From: an uncultured virus (IMG/VR IMGVR_UViG_3300014050_000020)
Taxonomy: Duplodnaviria; Heunggongvirae; Uroviricota; Caudoviricetes
Strand: one strand, 5' to 3'
IMG/VR virus record: IMGVR_UViG_3300014050_000020
Length of the DNA: 64,000 bases
Shown one piece after another: positions 28,981 through 38,386 of this stretch. The first letter of the stretch is position 1, and each line of letters begins with the position of its first letter. The translations under genes were made by a program, and so were the position numbers. The notes beneath the pieces were generated by a model. It made no database searches. It was given only the letters and a program-made list of their open reading frames with translations, and was not told the origin of the DNA.

Positions 28981-29993
28981 AGAGTTTTGTATATTTCCAG
29001 CAGTAGGTTGCGATCATACTGTGTGCTTTCTATGGCAGTCAATGACTGATTGACTATTTGATCCACGCTTTGAAACGTGATATTGCCTTGTATGATTTGA
29101 TTTTCTAGATCTGATTGTGTGTTTGGTATCAATTTGATTTCTCTACAACCATAGTCGTTCATGAAAGTGTCACGTAAGAATCCGGCTTCTTCATAGGAGA
29201 TGTCGATGTTTAGGTTAATTCTAGCATGAGTGTTGGGTCTAAGCACACGGGCAGGATCATCCAGTACAGTGCTCAGATCATAGATTCTGTACACAGGTTG
29301 ATCGGGCCATGCATGATATTCAGGTTCTTGCCCCCATTCCAGTATCATTAGACCGCGATCGTCGTCGCCGGCATCGGCGTAGTTATGCGGAAAACAGTTG
29401 CCAATATAGGTGACATTACTCTGAGTCTGTCGTTTGTGAAAGTGCCCGGTAAACACATGTTCAAATTCGCTTAGGTGTTCTCTGCGTACTTCTCCCGAAT
29501 CGGGCATGGCCACCATGGCATTCATCAAATACCCGGGCAACTCTAAATGAGCAAAACAGTATTTGCTTGATAGTTTTTTTAACTTTTTATAGTCATCGCC
29601 GATCAACCAAGGCAGAAAAGTCACATCACCCACAGTTAGAAAATCATTGACAATTTCTATATTGGGCAGATGTCGCGCCCATTCTACACTGGTTACATCA
29701 CGACGATCTCTATAGAATAAATCATGATTGCCCGGAATTAGATAGACTTTTGGAAAAGCAGCATTGAGCAGTTCTAGGCACTGTAGAGAATAATTCAGGC
29801 TTAATACATTTATGGATGCCCGATGGTTGTGCCAATCACCACACATAATAACGGTATCGCAATTATTTTCTTTGCTGGTTCGAATAGCCCATTTCACAAA
29901 GTTTAGACAATCATTGTTGTGAACGACGCTGTTTGATTTTAGACCAACGTGAAGATCTGTAAAAACTGCGACTTTTTTGAATAGATTTGTCAT
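28977..29993 (-). CDS. gp47: Mre11/SbcD-like nuclease (gp47)
   Basis: TDLH, GDWH, GNHD and GHFH metallophosphoesterase motifs. Confidence 0.95.
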   Translation of the reverse strand: MTNLFKKVAVFTDLHVGLKSNSVVHNNDCLNFVKWAIRTSKENNCDTVIMCGDWHNHRASINVLSLNYSLQCLELLNAAFPKVYLIPGNHDLFYRDRRDVTSVEWARHLPNIEIVNDFLTVGDVTFLPWLIGDDYKKLKKLSSKYCFAHLELPGYLMNAMVAMPDSGEVRREHLSEFEHVFTGHFHKRQTQSNVTYIGNCFPHNYADAGDDDRGLMILEWGQEPEYHAWPDQPVYRIYDLSTVLDDPARVLRPNTHARINLNIDISYEEAGFLRDTFMNDYGCREIKLIPNTQSDLENQIIQGNITFQSVDQIVNQSLTAIESTQYDRNLLLEIYKTL

Positions 29994-30000
29994 AGTTCCT

Positions 30001-30029
30001 AGTATAACACACTGGCAAGCGAAAATCTA
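30001..30029 (-). promoter_or_regulatory. Sigma70-like promoter for gp47/gp46
   Basis: Minus strand TAGATT-17 nt-TATACT with an extended TGn element. Confidence 0.55.
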
Positions 30030-31895
30030 GTCATGATCGTCACCAATATGCCCACCTGACAACATACCTTGTCGCGTATAGCTGGGAGTTAGATTATTGA
30101 TCTCTAGTATGTCGTCGCGAAGATTCTGATTACGCTTTTCGATGTTGAGCACACGAGTGAAACTATTAGTGATAGCAGCAGTGTAATAGGCAAAGGGATT
30201 TTGTGATTTTGATTCATCGAACTGTAGGCCAATTTGGCTTAGTTGCAGTAGGGCTTGACTTCGCATTTCGTCGTTATAAGTATTGCCAGTGAGGTAAATA
30301 GTTCCGTTTCTTTTAGCTAAAAAACAGCCGTACTGGGTCTTGGGACACCAAACTTGTCCAGAGTAGTCTATAGTTGGTTGATTTGGATGAGTAGCTTTTC
30401 CTTGACCGGGGTGCGATCTACCATTACGCTTACCCCCATGAAAATTAACACAGCTCACTCGGGTATAATTTTTCTTTTGGCTAAACAGATTTATATCATA
30501 ATATTCTACTGGTTTTCCGAAACTAATATGGTGTCTAAGATGTCTATTGGATCGAATACCGGATATTGCACATAAAGCCTGAAAAAGTTCTACATGCTGG
30601 AAATTTTTTTGTACATATCTGCGCTGCCCATTTGATCGCCAACCATCACCATCGATCATAGTGTCGATGAGTAGTATACGTTGTTCTTTAGTTAATTGAC
30701 AAATAAACTCCATATTAAGATTTTTTTCTGGGAAAGTCTCGACAAATTTCTTAGCAGACTCGCGTTTTAGTCTAAATGATATAGTTCGTTTTCTTAAAGA
30801 TTCTGAAAATTTATAATCAAGTTTCTCTAGACAATCTCTAATTCGATCAGCTTTTGTGCCAGAATTTTGATATAGACTTATAGTTTTAATCATTGAATTG
30901 TTATCCCACTCGTAACAACCCTCAGTCATGATCCAGCCGGCTAATTCAACAAAACTGTCTAAGTGTATTTTATTGATCACCGAGTTTTCGGCTGTTCCCA
31001 TTAAGATCAGTCGGTCTTGTTCTAATAAATACTCAATCTTCACTAGTCCTCGTTCGGTGACCATTTTATGCTCGGGGGTGACAAGGCTATCAAACCCTCG
31101 TAACGTCATTTTGTGCATTGGTCCTTGATAATTTCCACGGTAAATATCAAGAATATTAGACCAAGTCATTGCACCGTTGTGATAGCTTAGAATTTTATCA
31201 TTTTGTGTTATTTCGTCAATCCCTAACCACCCACGCTGTGTAAGAGCTTGTGTTTCGGCATCCACACAATAACCTCTCCAGTTTGAACGTGTAGCATAGC
31301 GTTCGCATAATTTCATAAACATATGGGCCAGAGTGCGAGTCATTGTGCCGTGGTCGCGACTCCATTTGCCGGTGATCAAATCGCCCTGCCAGTGACTTTT
31401 GCCCACGCAATAAGGTTCGTATTCAATGGTGACTTTATAATGCTGAAAAGGTGGAAAATTACATTTCATGTATCGAATCGCACCAGGACTTACTTTGGGT
31501 TCATCCTCGTCGTACTCTATATAGATATTTTCGTCATCATCGGTAATGTACAATGCAGCCTGTGCTCGTTTGGTAGCCAAATCATTAACTGGAATATGAT
31601 TCCAGGTCATAACTCGAAATACCACATCGGTAGATTTAATTTTTTCTAATGGTACAGCAAATTCTTCTAATTTTCTTTTTTCCCCAATGCGAACAGCTTC
31701 GTCGTAGGCCATTCGTGCCAATCTTTCTGCTCTATTAGCTCGAGCAATACCAACAGTCGAAGAATTGATGCTGTCCAGGTCCTGGACAATTAAATCATAG
31801 TCGGCACAGTCTGGATCAGAATAACTACAGTAGGTATTTTTACTTCTATGTATTTCTTTCAATATGTCTTTATTGTTAAGATAATTGTGTTTAAT
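30027..31895 (-). CDS. gp55: Late-transcription sigma factor (gp55-like) containing an intein; probable ATT start at 31895
   Basis: NYLNNKD, RSNWRGY|TYNDEM...FDESKSQNPFAYYT gp55-family motifs once the insertion is removed. Confidence 0.85.
   Translation of the reverse strand: MKHNYLNNKDILKEIHRSKNTYCSYSDPDCADYDLIVQDLDSINSSTVGIARANRAERLARMAYDEAVRIGEKRKLEEFAVPLEKIKSTDVVFRVMTWNHIPVNDLATKRAQAALYITDDDENIYIEYDEDEPKVSPGAIRYMKCNFPPFQHYKVTIEYEPYCVGKSHWQGDLITGKWSRDHGTMTRTLAHMFMKLCERYATRSNWRGYCVDAETQALTQRGWLGIDEITQNDKILSYHNGAMTWSNILDIYRGNYQGPMHKMTLRGFDSLVTPEHKMVTERGLVKIEYLLEQDRLILMGTAENSVINKIHLDSFVELAGWIMTEGCYEWDNNSMIKTISLYQNSGTKADRIRDCLEKLDYKFSESLRKRTISFRLKRESAKKFVETFPEKNLNMEFICQLTKEQRILLIDTMIDGDGWRSNGQRRYVQKNFQHVELFQALCAISGIRSNRHLRHHISFGKPVEYYDINLFSQKKNYTRVSCVNFHGGKRNGRSHPGQGKATHPNQPTIDYSGQVWCPKTQYGCFLAKRNGTIYLTGNTYNDEMRSQALLQLSQIGLQFDESKSQNPFAYYTAAITNSFTRVLNIEKRNQNLRDDILEINNLTPSYTRQGMLSGGHIGDDHD
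30282..31268 (-). mobile_element. Intein (329 aa) with a LAGLIDADG homing endonuclease
   Basis: Begins CVDAETQALTQRGW; block B VTPEH; LAGWIMTEG and LIDTMIDGDG motifs; ends VWCP...YLTGN followed by Thr+1. Confidence 0.93.
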
Positions 31896-31921
31896 TTTTT
31901 TCTCCGATAGTTTTAAAGTAT

Positions 31922-31950
31922 ATAATAACACAACATTAATGTGTTTCCAA
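31922..31950 (-). promoter_or_regulatory. Sigma70-like promoter for the late sigma gene
   Basis: Minus strand TTGGAA-17 nt-TATTAT with a TGn extension. Confidence 0.55.
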
Positions 31951-31993
31951 CCTTTTTTGCATTGAATAAATATTGTATATTGCGAGTTATTAT

Positions 31994-32854
31994 ATGTTTG
32001 ATTTCCAAAATATTGTCAGTAGCGTAGCGGCCCCTGTACTAGCTGGTACTAATCTTGTCGCCAAGGCTATTTCAGGATTAACTGATCCTGTTATTAACAG
32101 ACTGCAACAGAGTAATCTCATTGACGGCGGTCGAAGTAGACAACAGGGATCCAAGAATGTCATTGTTAACTATCAAGACAATCTCAGTGGTGTGGGAGTT
32201 AGTCAGGACTGGAAAGTACGAATTTCGGTAGCCAGCGGTAGCGGTATACTTTATAACTCTGTGGTCGACAGTGGTATTCTCGGACCATTGTCTCAGAGCA
32301 ATGGTGTAATTTTTCCTTACACTCCCGAAATTATTGTAACTCATATGGCCAATTATTCGCCTCAAAAATTTATTCATAGTAATTATAATCAATTTGCCTA
32401 TGAAAATAGTGAAGTGCAAAATATACAAATATCTGGCGACTTTACTGCACAAAATGCCAATGAAGCAGCTTATGTGCTAGCCTGTATTTATTTCTTTAGG
32501 TCAGCAACCAAAATGTTCTTTGGTAAAAATAGTAAAAATGCTGGGAATCCACCGCCTATAGTATTTTTAAATGGCTACGGCAAACATTACTTTCCCAATG
32601 TACCCTGCATTATTACTAATTTTAGTCATGCCATGCCCGGTGAAGTAGACTATATCAGTACCAGTGGCGAATTAAATTACTACGAGGACGAGTTGGGTCA
32701 AAGAGGCTATACTCGACCCGTATCAGAAACTCGTGTGCCAACAATTAGTAAAATAACAGTGAATTTAAATCCTGTTTATAGTAAATCCAGAATCAGTGAA
32801 TTTGGGTTAGAAGATTTTGCCAAAGGTAAGCTGATCGACAAAGGATTTGTCTAA
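31994..32854 (+). CDS. Baseplate/tail-tube initiator-like protein (gp48/gp54 class); start revised to ATG 31994
   Basis: VIFPYTP, FFRSATKMFFG...GNPPP...LNGYG...NVPCII motifs; TAAATA at 31967-31972. Confidence 0.65.
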   Translation: MFDFQNIVSSVAAPVLAGTNLVAKAISGLTDPVINRLQQSNLIDGGRSRQQGSKNVIVNYQDNLSGVGVSQDWKVRISVASGSGILYNSVVDSGILGPLSQSNGVIFPYTPEIIVTHMANYSPQKFIHSNYNQFAYENSEVQNIQISGDFTAQNANEAAYVLACIYFFRSATKMFFGKNSKNAGNPPPIVFLNGYGKHYFPNVPCIITNFSHAMPGEVDYISTSGELNYYEDELGQRGYTRPVSETRVPTISKITVNLNPVYSKSRISEFGLEDFAKGKLIDKGFV

Positions 32855-33156
32855 TGGCAGCAATCTATAACAAATACAGTCCCTACTATAATACTGGTCG
32901 ATTTGGTAGATTTTTGGATGTTATGGTACCGAGACCCATAAGCAAAAATACCACTGATGTGGTGTTCACCATAAATGCCATTTACGAATTTAGACCAGAT
33001 TTACTGGCCAACGATCTATATGGCAGCTCTGGATTATGGTGGGTATTTGCCAGTCGAAATCCCAATATAATAAAAGATCCTATTTTTGATTTTTATTCTG
33101 GACAGTCGATTTTTATCCCAGAAAAATCCGAATTATTAGCGGCGCTGGGAATCTAA
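32854..33156 (+). CDS. Baseplate wedge LysM-like protein (gp53-like)
   Basis: RPDLLANDLYG...LWWVFA..N motif. Confidence 0.8.
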   Translation: MAAIYNKYSPYYNTGRFGRFLDVMVPRPISKNTTDVVFTINAIYEFRPDLLANDLYGSSGLWWVFASRNPNIIKDPIFDFYSGQSIFIPEKSELLAALGI

Positions 33157-33157
33157 T

Positions 33158-35680
33158 ATGGCCGATTTTAGATTAGCCAATGTCAGCGAAGAGCAGGCTG
33201 CTAAATTTGTAGAAGCAGGATTACAGGCCAAAATAGAGTCAGCAGAACAATCTACCGCTGCCAGAAATTTACTAAATGCTCAAAAACTATTGATGACTCC
33301 AGCCGAAAGAGCCAGAATACTACGCAAAGAACAAGAACGAAATTCTGGACCAGGATCATTGACACCAGTGGGTCGAGTGGAAAACGGTCAGATAATCTAC
33401 AACAACGAGGACCGGGTAACTACAAAAACACAGTCAGAAAAAAATAAAAGTAAAGTAGAAAAACCAACACTATCCAGGCCCAATCCATTGGATATATATG
33501 CAAATTATACTTATGGATTGAGTATTCATGCCATGCGTAAAGAAAAGTTCAATGATGTAGTAGTCAATGGCAAACCCTATTATACCAATGATGACTGTGT
33601 ATTGATTGTCAGTGGTGGTAGAAGAAGCGAAAATTTTAAACGTAATCCCTATTTTACTACAGATTTTTATATTGAAAATCTTAAATTTACAACCGTTATT
33701 GGTCATAACAGTAAAAGTCGAGGATCGAATGCCATTGATTTATCTTTTACTATCATAGAACCATTGGGTTTGTCCTTGCTAGAACGATTGCTTAGTGTAG
33801 CCGACAGTTATAATGTTCCCAATTGGGATCAATTAATTTTTATGTTGCAAATAGATTATTTTGCCAACAGTGACAACGCCGAACAGATTACTCCTGTGCC
33901 CAATCAAAGCAAATATATTCCAATAAAAATTCTTGACATAGAAATCAAGGCCAGTACTAAAGGAGCAGAGTATAAAATAAGTGCTATTCCTGTGGGACAA
34001 ATGGCAATGTTAGAAAGCACAGCCACTACTCCGGTAATTTTTGAGGTGTTGGCACAAAATGTAGGAGAATTTTTTTCTAGCAAAGGCACCGATATATTTT
34101 CCGGATATGGAGCTGATGGAAATAGACAGGTTGATTCAAACAAAAACGATCAAGGGCGAGAGAATAACCCTCGACAAGGAGACGGCACAACCACAGTATT
34201 GAATAGACCAATTGATTCTACGCCCAGTGGAGCGACTCGAAGTCTACCCTCAACAATGGCGATTTACAGTTTTCAGGATGCGCTAAACAGTTATCAAAAA
34301 TTACTGACTACAAAAAAATATCAAAATTTTGCCGATGAATACAGATTTGTAGTCGAAAAAGAAATAGCTGAAAGTAAAATAATTCAGAACAGTAAATCAA
34401 CTCCCACATCAAATTTAGCTCTGACCAATAAAAAAAATAATAATACCAATTTAGATATTACCAGAGAACTAATTAGGATCAATGCTGGTACCAGTATATT
34501 AGATGTCATTAACCAAATTTTGAGAAATAGCAGTTATTTTACCACCATAGTCAAACAAGCCCAAGAAAAGTCTGATGAAGTTACTAATGATCCCACACAA
34601 GTCTACAAGGTACTCACTGAGGTAGAATTTAAAGAATGGGATCGTAAACGTAATAAATATCAAAAAGTTATTACATTCTATATCAAAACCTATGATTATT
34701 ACAATACTAAATCAAATTATGCCAGAAAAAGTATTCCTAAAACTTGGGTCAAGGAATACAATTACATGTACACAGGATTAAACCAATCTATCTTAGATTT
34801 TAGTATAGATTTTAATACCATGTTTATTACCAGTGTCACTGCTTTTGGTAATAAAAAATCCAGTGCATTTGTTAATCAAGAAAATGAAGATACCACCGAA
34901 ACAGAACAGTCGGGTGGTTCTAGTCGGCAATTACAAGTAAATCGTCAGCAGACCAAAATTGCTTTGACTGATGTTTCGTCGATTAACAGTGGTGTTGTAA
35001 ACGAAGAAGTGGTAGCTGCCAATGATTTTTACAAGAGTATGATGAGCAGTAGCCGTGGAGACATGATAAATGTTGATCTCAAGATTCACGGTGATCCTGA
35101 ATTTATCAAACAAGACAGTGTTTTTTATAGTCCATCTTTGGCCGGAACCTCACTGACCGTGGGCGGAAATGAGGGTAGTTTGAATATGGATGCAGGCGAA
35201 ATATTTTGTTATCTGACATTCAGGACTCCTGAAGATATAAATTTAGAAACTGGTTTATACGAATTTGGTCCTAAAAATAAAAATGTTTTCAGCGGAATCT
35301 ATAAAATTATTCAGATAACCAATAATTTTGAAAGAGGACAATTTACACAAAATCTTGAATTGATTAGATTGTTTAATCAAGAATCGGACAGCATAAACAC
35401 AAGAAAAATTGATGCAGAAACTGTACCAGAGAGCCAGGGCAATTTAATAGAAAGAGATTTATTTGCACAGGCCAATGAAGCTCCTGCTGTGCTAGTAGAA
35501 CCAAAGATCAATCCTAATGCCACCGGCGACACAGCCACAACTAATAATGTTCAAAAACCGACACCAATTGGTAACTATCCTATTTTGGCCCCCGGGACAC
35601 TAAAAAGAATCTATGAACAACAAAAAGCTAGATCTGTCTCGGCCACAGATTTTCAAATTACTCCATTTTCCGGGGATTAA
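33158..35680 (+). CDS. Probable baseplate hub protein
   Basis: Lies between gp53- and gp5-like genes; C-terminal LKIHGDP...FSGIYKI...F..GQFTQ.L pattern of hub proteins. Confidence 0.6.
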   Translation: MADFRLANVSEEQAAKFVEAGLQAKIESAEQSTAARNLLNAQKLLMTPAERARILRKEQERNSGPGSLTPVGRVENGQIIYNNEDRVTTKTQSEKNKSKVEKPTLSRPNPLDIYANYTYGLSIHAMRKEKFNDVVVNGKPYYTNDDCVLIVSGGRRSENFKRNPYFTTDFYIENLKFTTVIGHNSKSRGSNAIDLSFTIIEPLGLSLLERLLSVADSYNVPNWDQLIFMLQIDYFANSDNAEQITPVPNQSKYIPIKILDIEIKASTKGAEYKISAIPVGQMAMLESTATTPVIFEVLAQNVGEFFSSKGTDIFSGYGADGNRQVDSNKNDQGRENNPRQGDGTTTVLNRPIDSTPSGATRSLPSTMAIYSFQDALNSYQKLLTTKKYQNFADEYRFVVEKEIAESKIIQNSKSTPTSNLALTNKKNNNTNLDITRELIRINAGTSILDVINQILRNSSYFTTIVKQAQEKSDEVTNDPTQVYKVLTEVEFKEWDRKRNKYQKVITFYIKTYDYYNTKSNYARKSIPKTWVKEYNYMYTGLNQSILDFSIDFNTMFITSVTAFGNKKSSAFVNQENEDTTETEQSGGSSRQLQVNRQQTKIALTDVSSINSGVVNEEVVAANDFYKSMMSSSRGDMINVDLKIHGDPEFIKQDSVFYSPSLAGTSLTVGGNEGSLNMDAGEIFCYLTFRTPEDINLETGLYEFGPKNKNVFSGIYKIIQITNNFERGQFTQNLELIRLFNQESDSINTRKIDAETVPESQGNLIERDLFAQANEAPAVLVEPKINPNATGDTATTNNVQKPTPIGNYPILAPGTLKRIYEQQKARSVSATDFQITPFSGD

Positions 35681-35683
35681 TAA

Positions 35684-37957
35684 ATGTCGTTGGATTCAGA
35701 TAGAATAATAGGAAAAAGAGTACCAGAAAATTTTAGACGCGAAGATGCTGCGGGCATACGCTATGATTCTGGACCGTATATCGGCAAAGTCAAAAATAAT
35801 GTTGACAATGCCAGGTCCGGGCGGATTCAAGTGTGGATACCCGATCTTGGATCAGGCGACGAAAATAATCCCAATAATTGGCGCACAGTCAATTATGCCA
35901 GTCCCTATCTAGGTAGCACAACACAAGAACCAATTGGAGAAGTTAAATCTTCAGATAAAACCAATGCTTTTAATAAAGTAAGACATACCTACGGTATGTG
36001 GTTCAATGTGCCCGATCTGGATAATTTAGTGTTGTGTACTTTTGTGGCCGGCGACCCTAATAGGGGGTATTATTTTGCATGTATACCCAACCAATTGGGT
36101 CATCATATGATACCATCTATCAGCAGTAGCACCGACATAGATACCAGCAATATCATTGACAATGAACTAAAAAAGTTAGTACAGGGTTCATTGAATGGCC
36201 AATCACTGCCGGTCGTTGAATGGAATGAGTACAATGAAAGCGCCGATTGGTCGCAGTTTGTTCGTACAAAAAAACCACTGCACGAAGTACAAGCTAAAAT
36301 CCTAGTAAGCCAAGGACTAGACAGAGAAAATTTGACTGGATCTCGAGGCTCAATTGGTAGTACAAGTCAGAGAGAATCCCCCAGTGGCGTTTTTGGATTT
36401 AGTACACCGGGTCGACCCTATGATCAAAAAATTCCTGGGCCAGACGCCAAGGATGAAGATCGGGCCATTCGAGCCAGGCGAGGCGGGCATACTTTTGTTA
36501 TGGACGATGGTGATTTCAATGGCAGTGATAATCTAGTAAGATTACGTACCAGTGCAGGACACCAAATTCTGATGGACGACAGTGAACGAATATTATATAT
36601 TTCAAACAGTGATGGAACTGCCTGGGTCGAACTGACCGGCACCGGTCATATCAATGTTTATGGCGCCAATAGTTTAAATTTACGGTCTGGCAGCGACATT
36701 AATCTGCATGCCGACAAAGACATTAATTTGAATGCCGGCAATAATTTTACTGTTCATGCTGGAAAAAATGGCAGAATAAACACCTCGGGAGAGTTATCTG
36801 CCACCGCCGGTGGCAAACTCACAGTCTACGGCGGTACAACAAACATTGGATCAGACGGCAGATTAGATCTGAGTACCACCGGCGGTGCCAGTTTTTCTGG
36901 AGGGCAAAGTCTGATGCTGACCGGAGGTACAATAGGATTAAATTCCGGGGCCGGCCCCACAGTGTCTAAACCCAATGCCCCGGTTTTTTATAATTTACCG
37001 GACACACGGCGTGGCACTAACGGACAATGGCAGGTACAGCAGAATGCAGTCAAAAGTGTAGTGAAAATCCTACCCACTCATGAACCATGGTCTAGAGTAG
37101 CAGGATCAACTAGCGCAGGAACGTCTGGGTCAACATCGGCAGTGGAAGCCGGCAGCGCACAGACATCAATTGTGACCGGTAATATAACCATTGGTGACAG
37201 CGGCGGTGCACGATCTATTATGTCAGGTAATGCTCCGGTGGCAAATGTTTCAGTTATTGAATGTAATCTAAATACCATAAGAGCAGGTGGAGGGCTACTA
37301 AGAGACAGTTCAGGAAATCCTGTACTGGCCGGTGCCAGTACATCATTGGATCCTGGACCGCAATCAGCATTATCGCAGAATGTTCTTAAACCTTGTCCAA
37401 CTAATTTTTTAACCAGATCAGACAATCCCAATCCACCAGGCAGCATAGGTCCACTTAGCCAACTACAGGTAAAAGCACTAATGACACAAATCTCTTTTGT
37501 TGAAAGTAATTGCAATTATAATCCGCCAGGGAACAGCACTTATTTAGGCAAATATCAATTGGGTCTATTGGCATTGATAGATGTGGGCTATATAAAATTT
37601 CAGGCCAAAACCTGGTACGGAAGTAGCAACGCCGGGCTCAGTCAATCCGATAGTTGGACTAAGAAAAACGGCATTGACAGCAAAGAACGATTTTTGGCAA
37701 GTCGCAACGATCAAGAGAATGCCATGTACCAGCTATTACAAACCAATTTTAACTATTTGCGGCAGTCAGGAGGAATCAAAGCCGATGACGATTTATGTAC
37801 CGTGGCAGGCATGCTGGCCGTGGCACACCTATTAGGTCACGGCGATGCCAAAAAATGGCGCCAGTCTGGCTCCGGGGCCGATGCCAATGGCACTACAGGA
37901 ACCAGTCAGTTCAATCGAGGAAGATATGCAATCGATGTACTAGCGAGAGGTCAATAA
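35684..37957 (+). CDS. Baseplate central spike (gp5/VgrG-like) with a C-terminal lysozyme-like domain
   Basis: OB-fold GKVKNNVD...GRIQVWIP; GHTFVMDD...RTSAGHQILMDD and beta-helix repeats; C-terminal ES...YLGKYQLG. Confidence 0.8.
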   Translation: MSLDSDRIIGKRVPENFRREDAAGIRYDSGPYIGKVKNNVDNARSGRIQVWIPDLGSGDENNPNNWRTVNYASPYLGSTTQEPIGEVKSSDKTNAFNKVRHTYGMWFNVPDLDNLVLCTFVAGDPNRGYYFACIPNQLGHHMIPSISSSTDIDTSNIIDNELKKLVQGSLNGQSLPVVEWNEYNESADWSQFVRTKKPLHEVQAKILVSQGLDRENLTGSRGSIGSTSQRESPSGVFGFSTPGRPYDQKIPGPDAKDEDRAIRARRGGHTFVMDDGDFNGSDNLVRLRTSAGHQILMDDSERILYISNSDGTAWVELTGTGHINVYGANSLNLRSGSDINLHADKDINLNAGNNFTVHAGKNGRINTSGELSATAGGKLTVYGGTTNIGSDGRLDLSTTGGASFSGGQSLMLTGGTIGLNSGAGPTVSKPNAPVFYNLPDTRRGTNGQWQVQQNAVKSVVKILPTHEPWSRVAGSTSAGTSGSTSAVEAGSAQTSIVTGNITIGDSGGARSIMSGNAPVANVSVIECNLNTIRAGGGLLRDSSGNPVLAGASTSLDPGPQSALSQNVLKPCPTNFLTRSDNPNPPGSIGPLSQLQVKALMTQISFVESNCNYNPPGNSTYLGKYQLGLLALIDVGYIKFQAKTWYGSSNAGLSQSDSWTKKNGIDSKERFLASRNDQENAMYQLLQTNFNYLRQSGGIKADDDLCTVAGMLAVAHLLGHGDAKKWRQSGSGADANGTTGTSQFNRGRYAIDVLARGQ

Positions 37958-37965
37958 ATACCAGT

Positions 37966-38340
37966 ATGACTAATTACATTGGTTTCAGCACATACAATCG
38001 GGCTAGAAAATTTAAATTAACCGATTTTGAACTTGTCAGACAAGATTTATTTAATCATTTTAATATTCGTCGCGGCGAAAAATTAATGAATCCCAAATTT
38101 GGTACCATAATATGGGACATGCTCTATGAGCCCTACACAGAAGCCGTTCGAGAAGCTATCACCAATGACATCAAAATAATTGTCAGTTACGATCCGCGCA
38201 TACGCACAGAAGACATAATACTTACAAATTTTACCAATGGAATTTTAATTGAAATTAGTCTAAGATATCTGCTTACCAATGAAGTGGCAGCAATGACTCT
38301 CAAATTTGACAACGAGCGTAAACAATTGCTGGCTGGATAA
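37966..38340 (+). CDS. Baseplate wedge protein (gp25-like); start revised to ATG 37966
   Basis: GEKLMNPKFGT.IW..LYEP...YDPRI motif; TAAATA 5 nt upstream. Confidence 0.88.
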   Translation: MTNYIGFSTYNRARKFKLTDFELVRQDLFNHFNIRRGEKLMNPKFGTIIWDMLYEPYTEAVREAITNDIKIIVSYDPRIRTEDIILTNFTNGILIEISLRYLLTNEVAAMTLKFDNERKQLLAG

Positions 38341-38386
38341 AATGTCCATATTTTGGTTAAAATAAATATATAAACTGAGCACAAAA

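Noticed and set aside
37795..37965. N-terminal extensions in the ORF track (37795, 16550, 54854, 31973)
   Set aside because: They overlap upstream genes or promoters; downstream ATGs fit the RBS, promoter and domain starts better.
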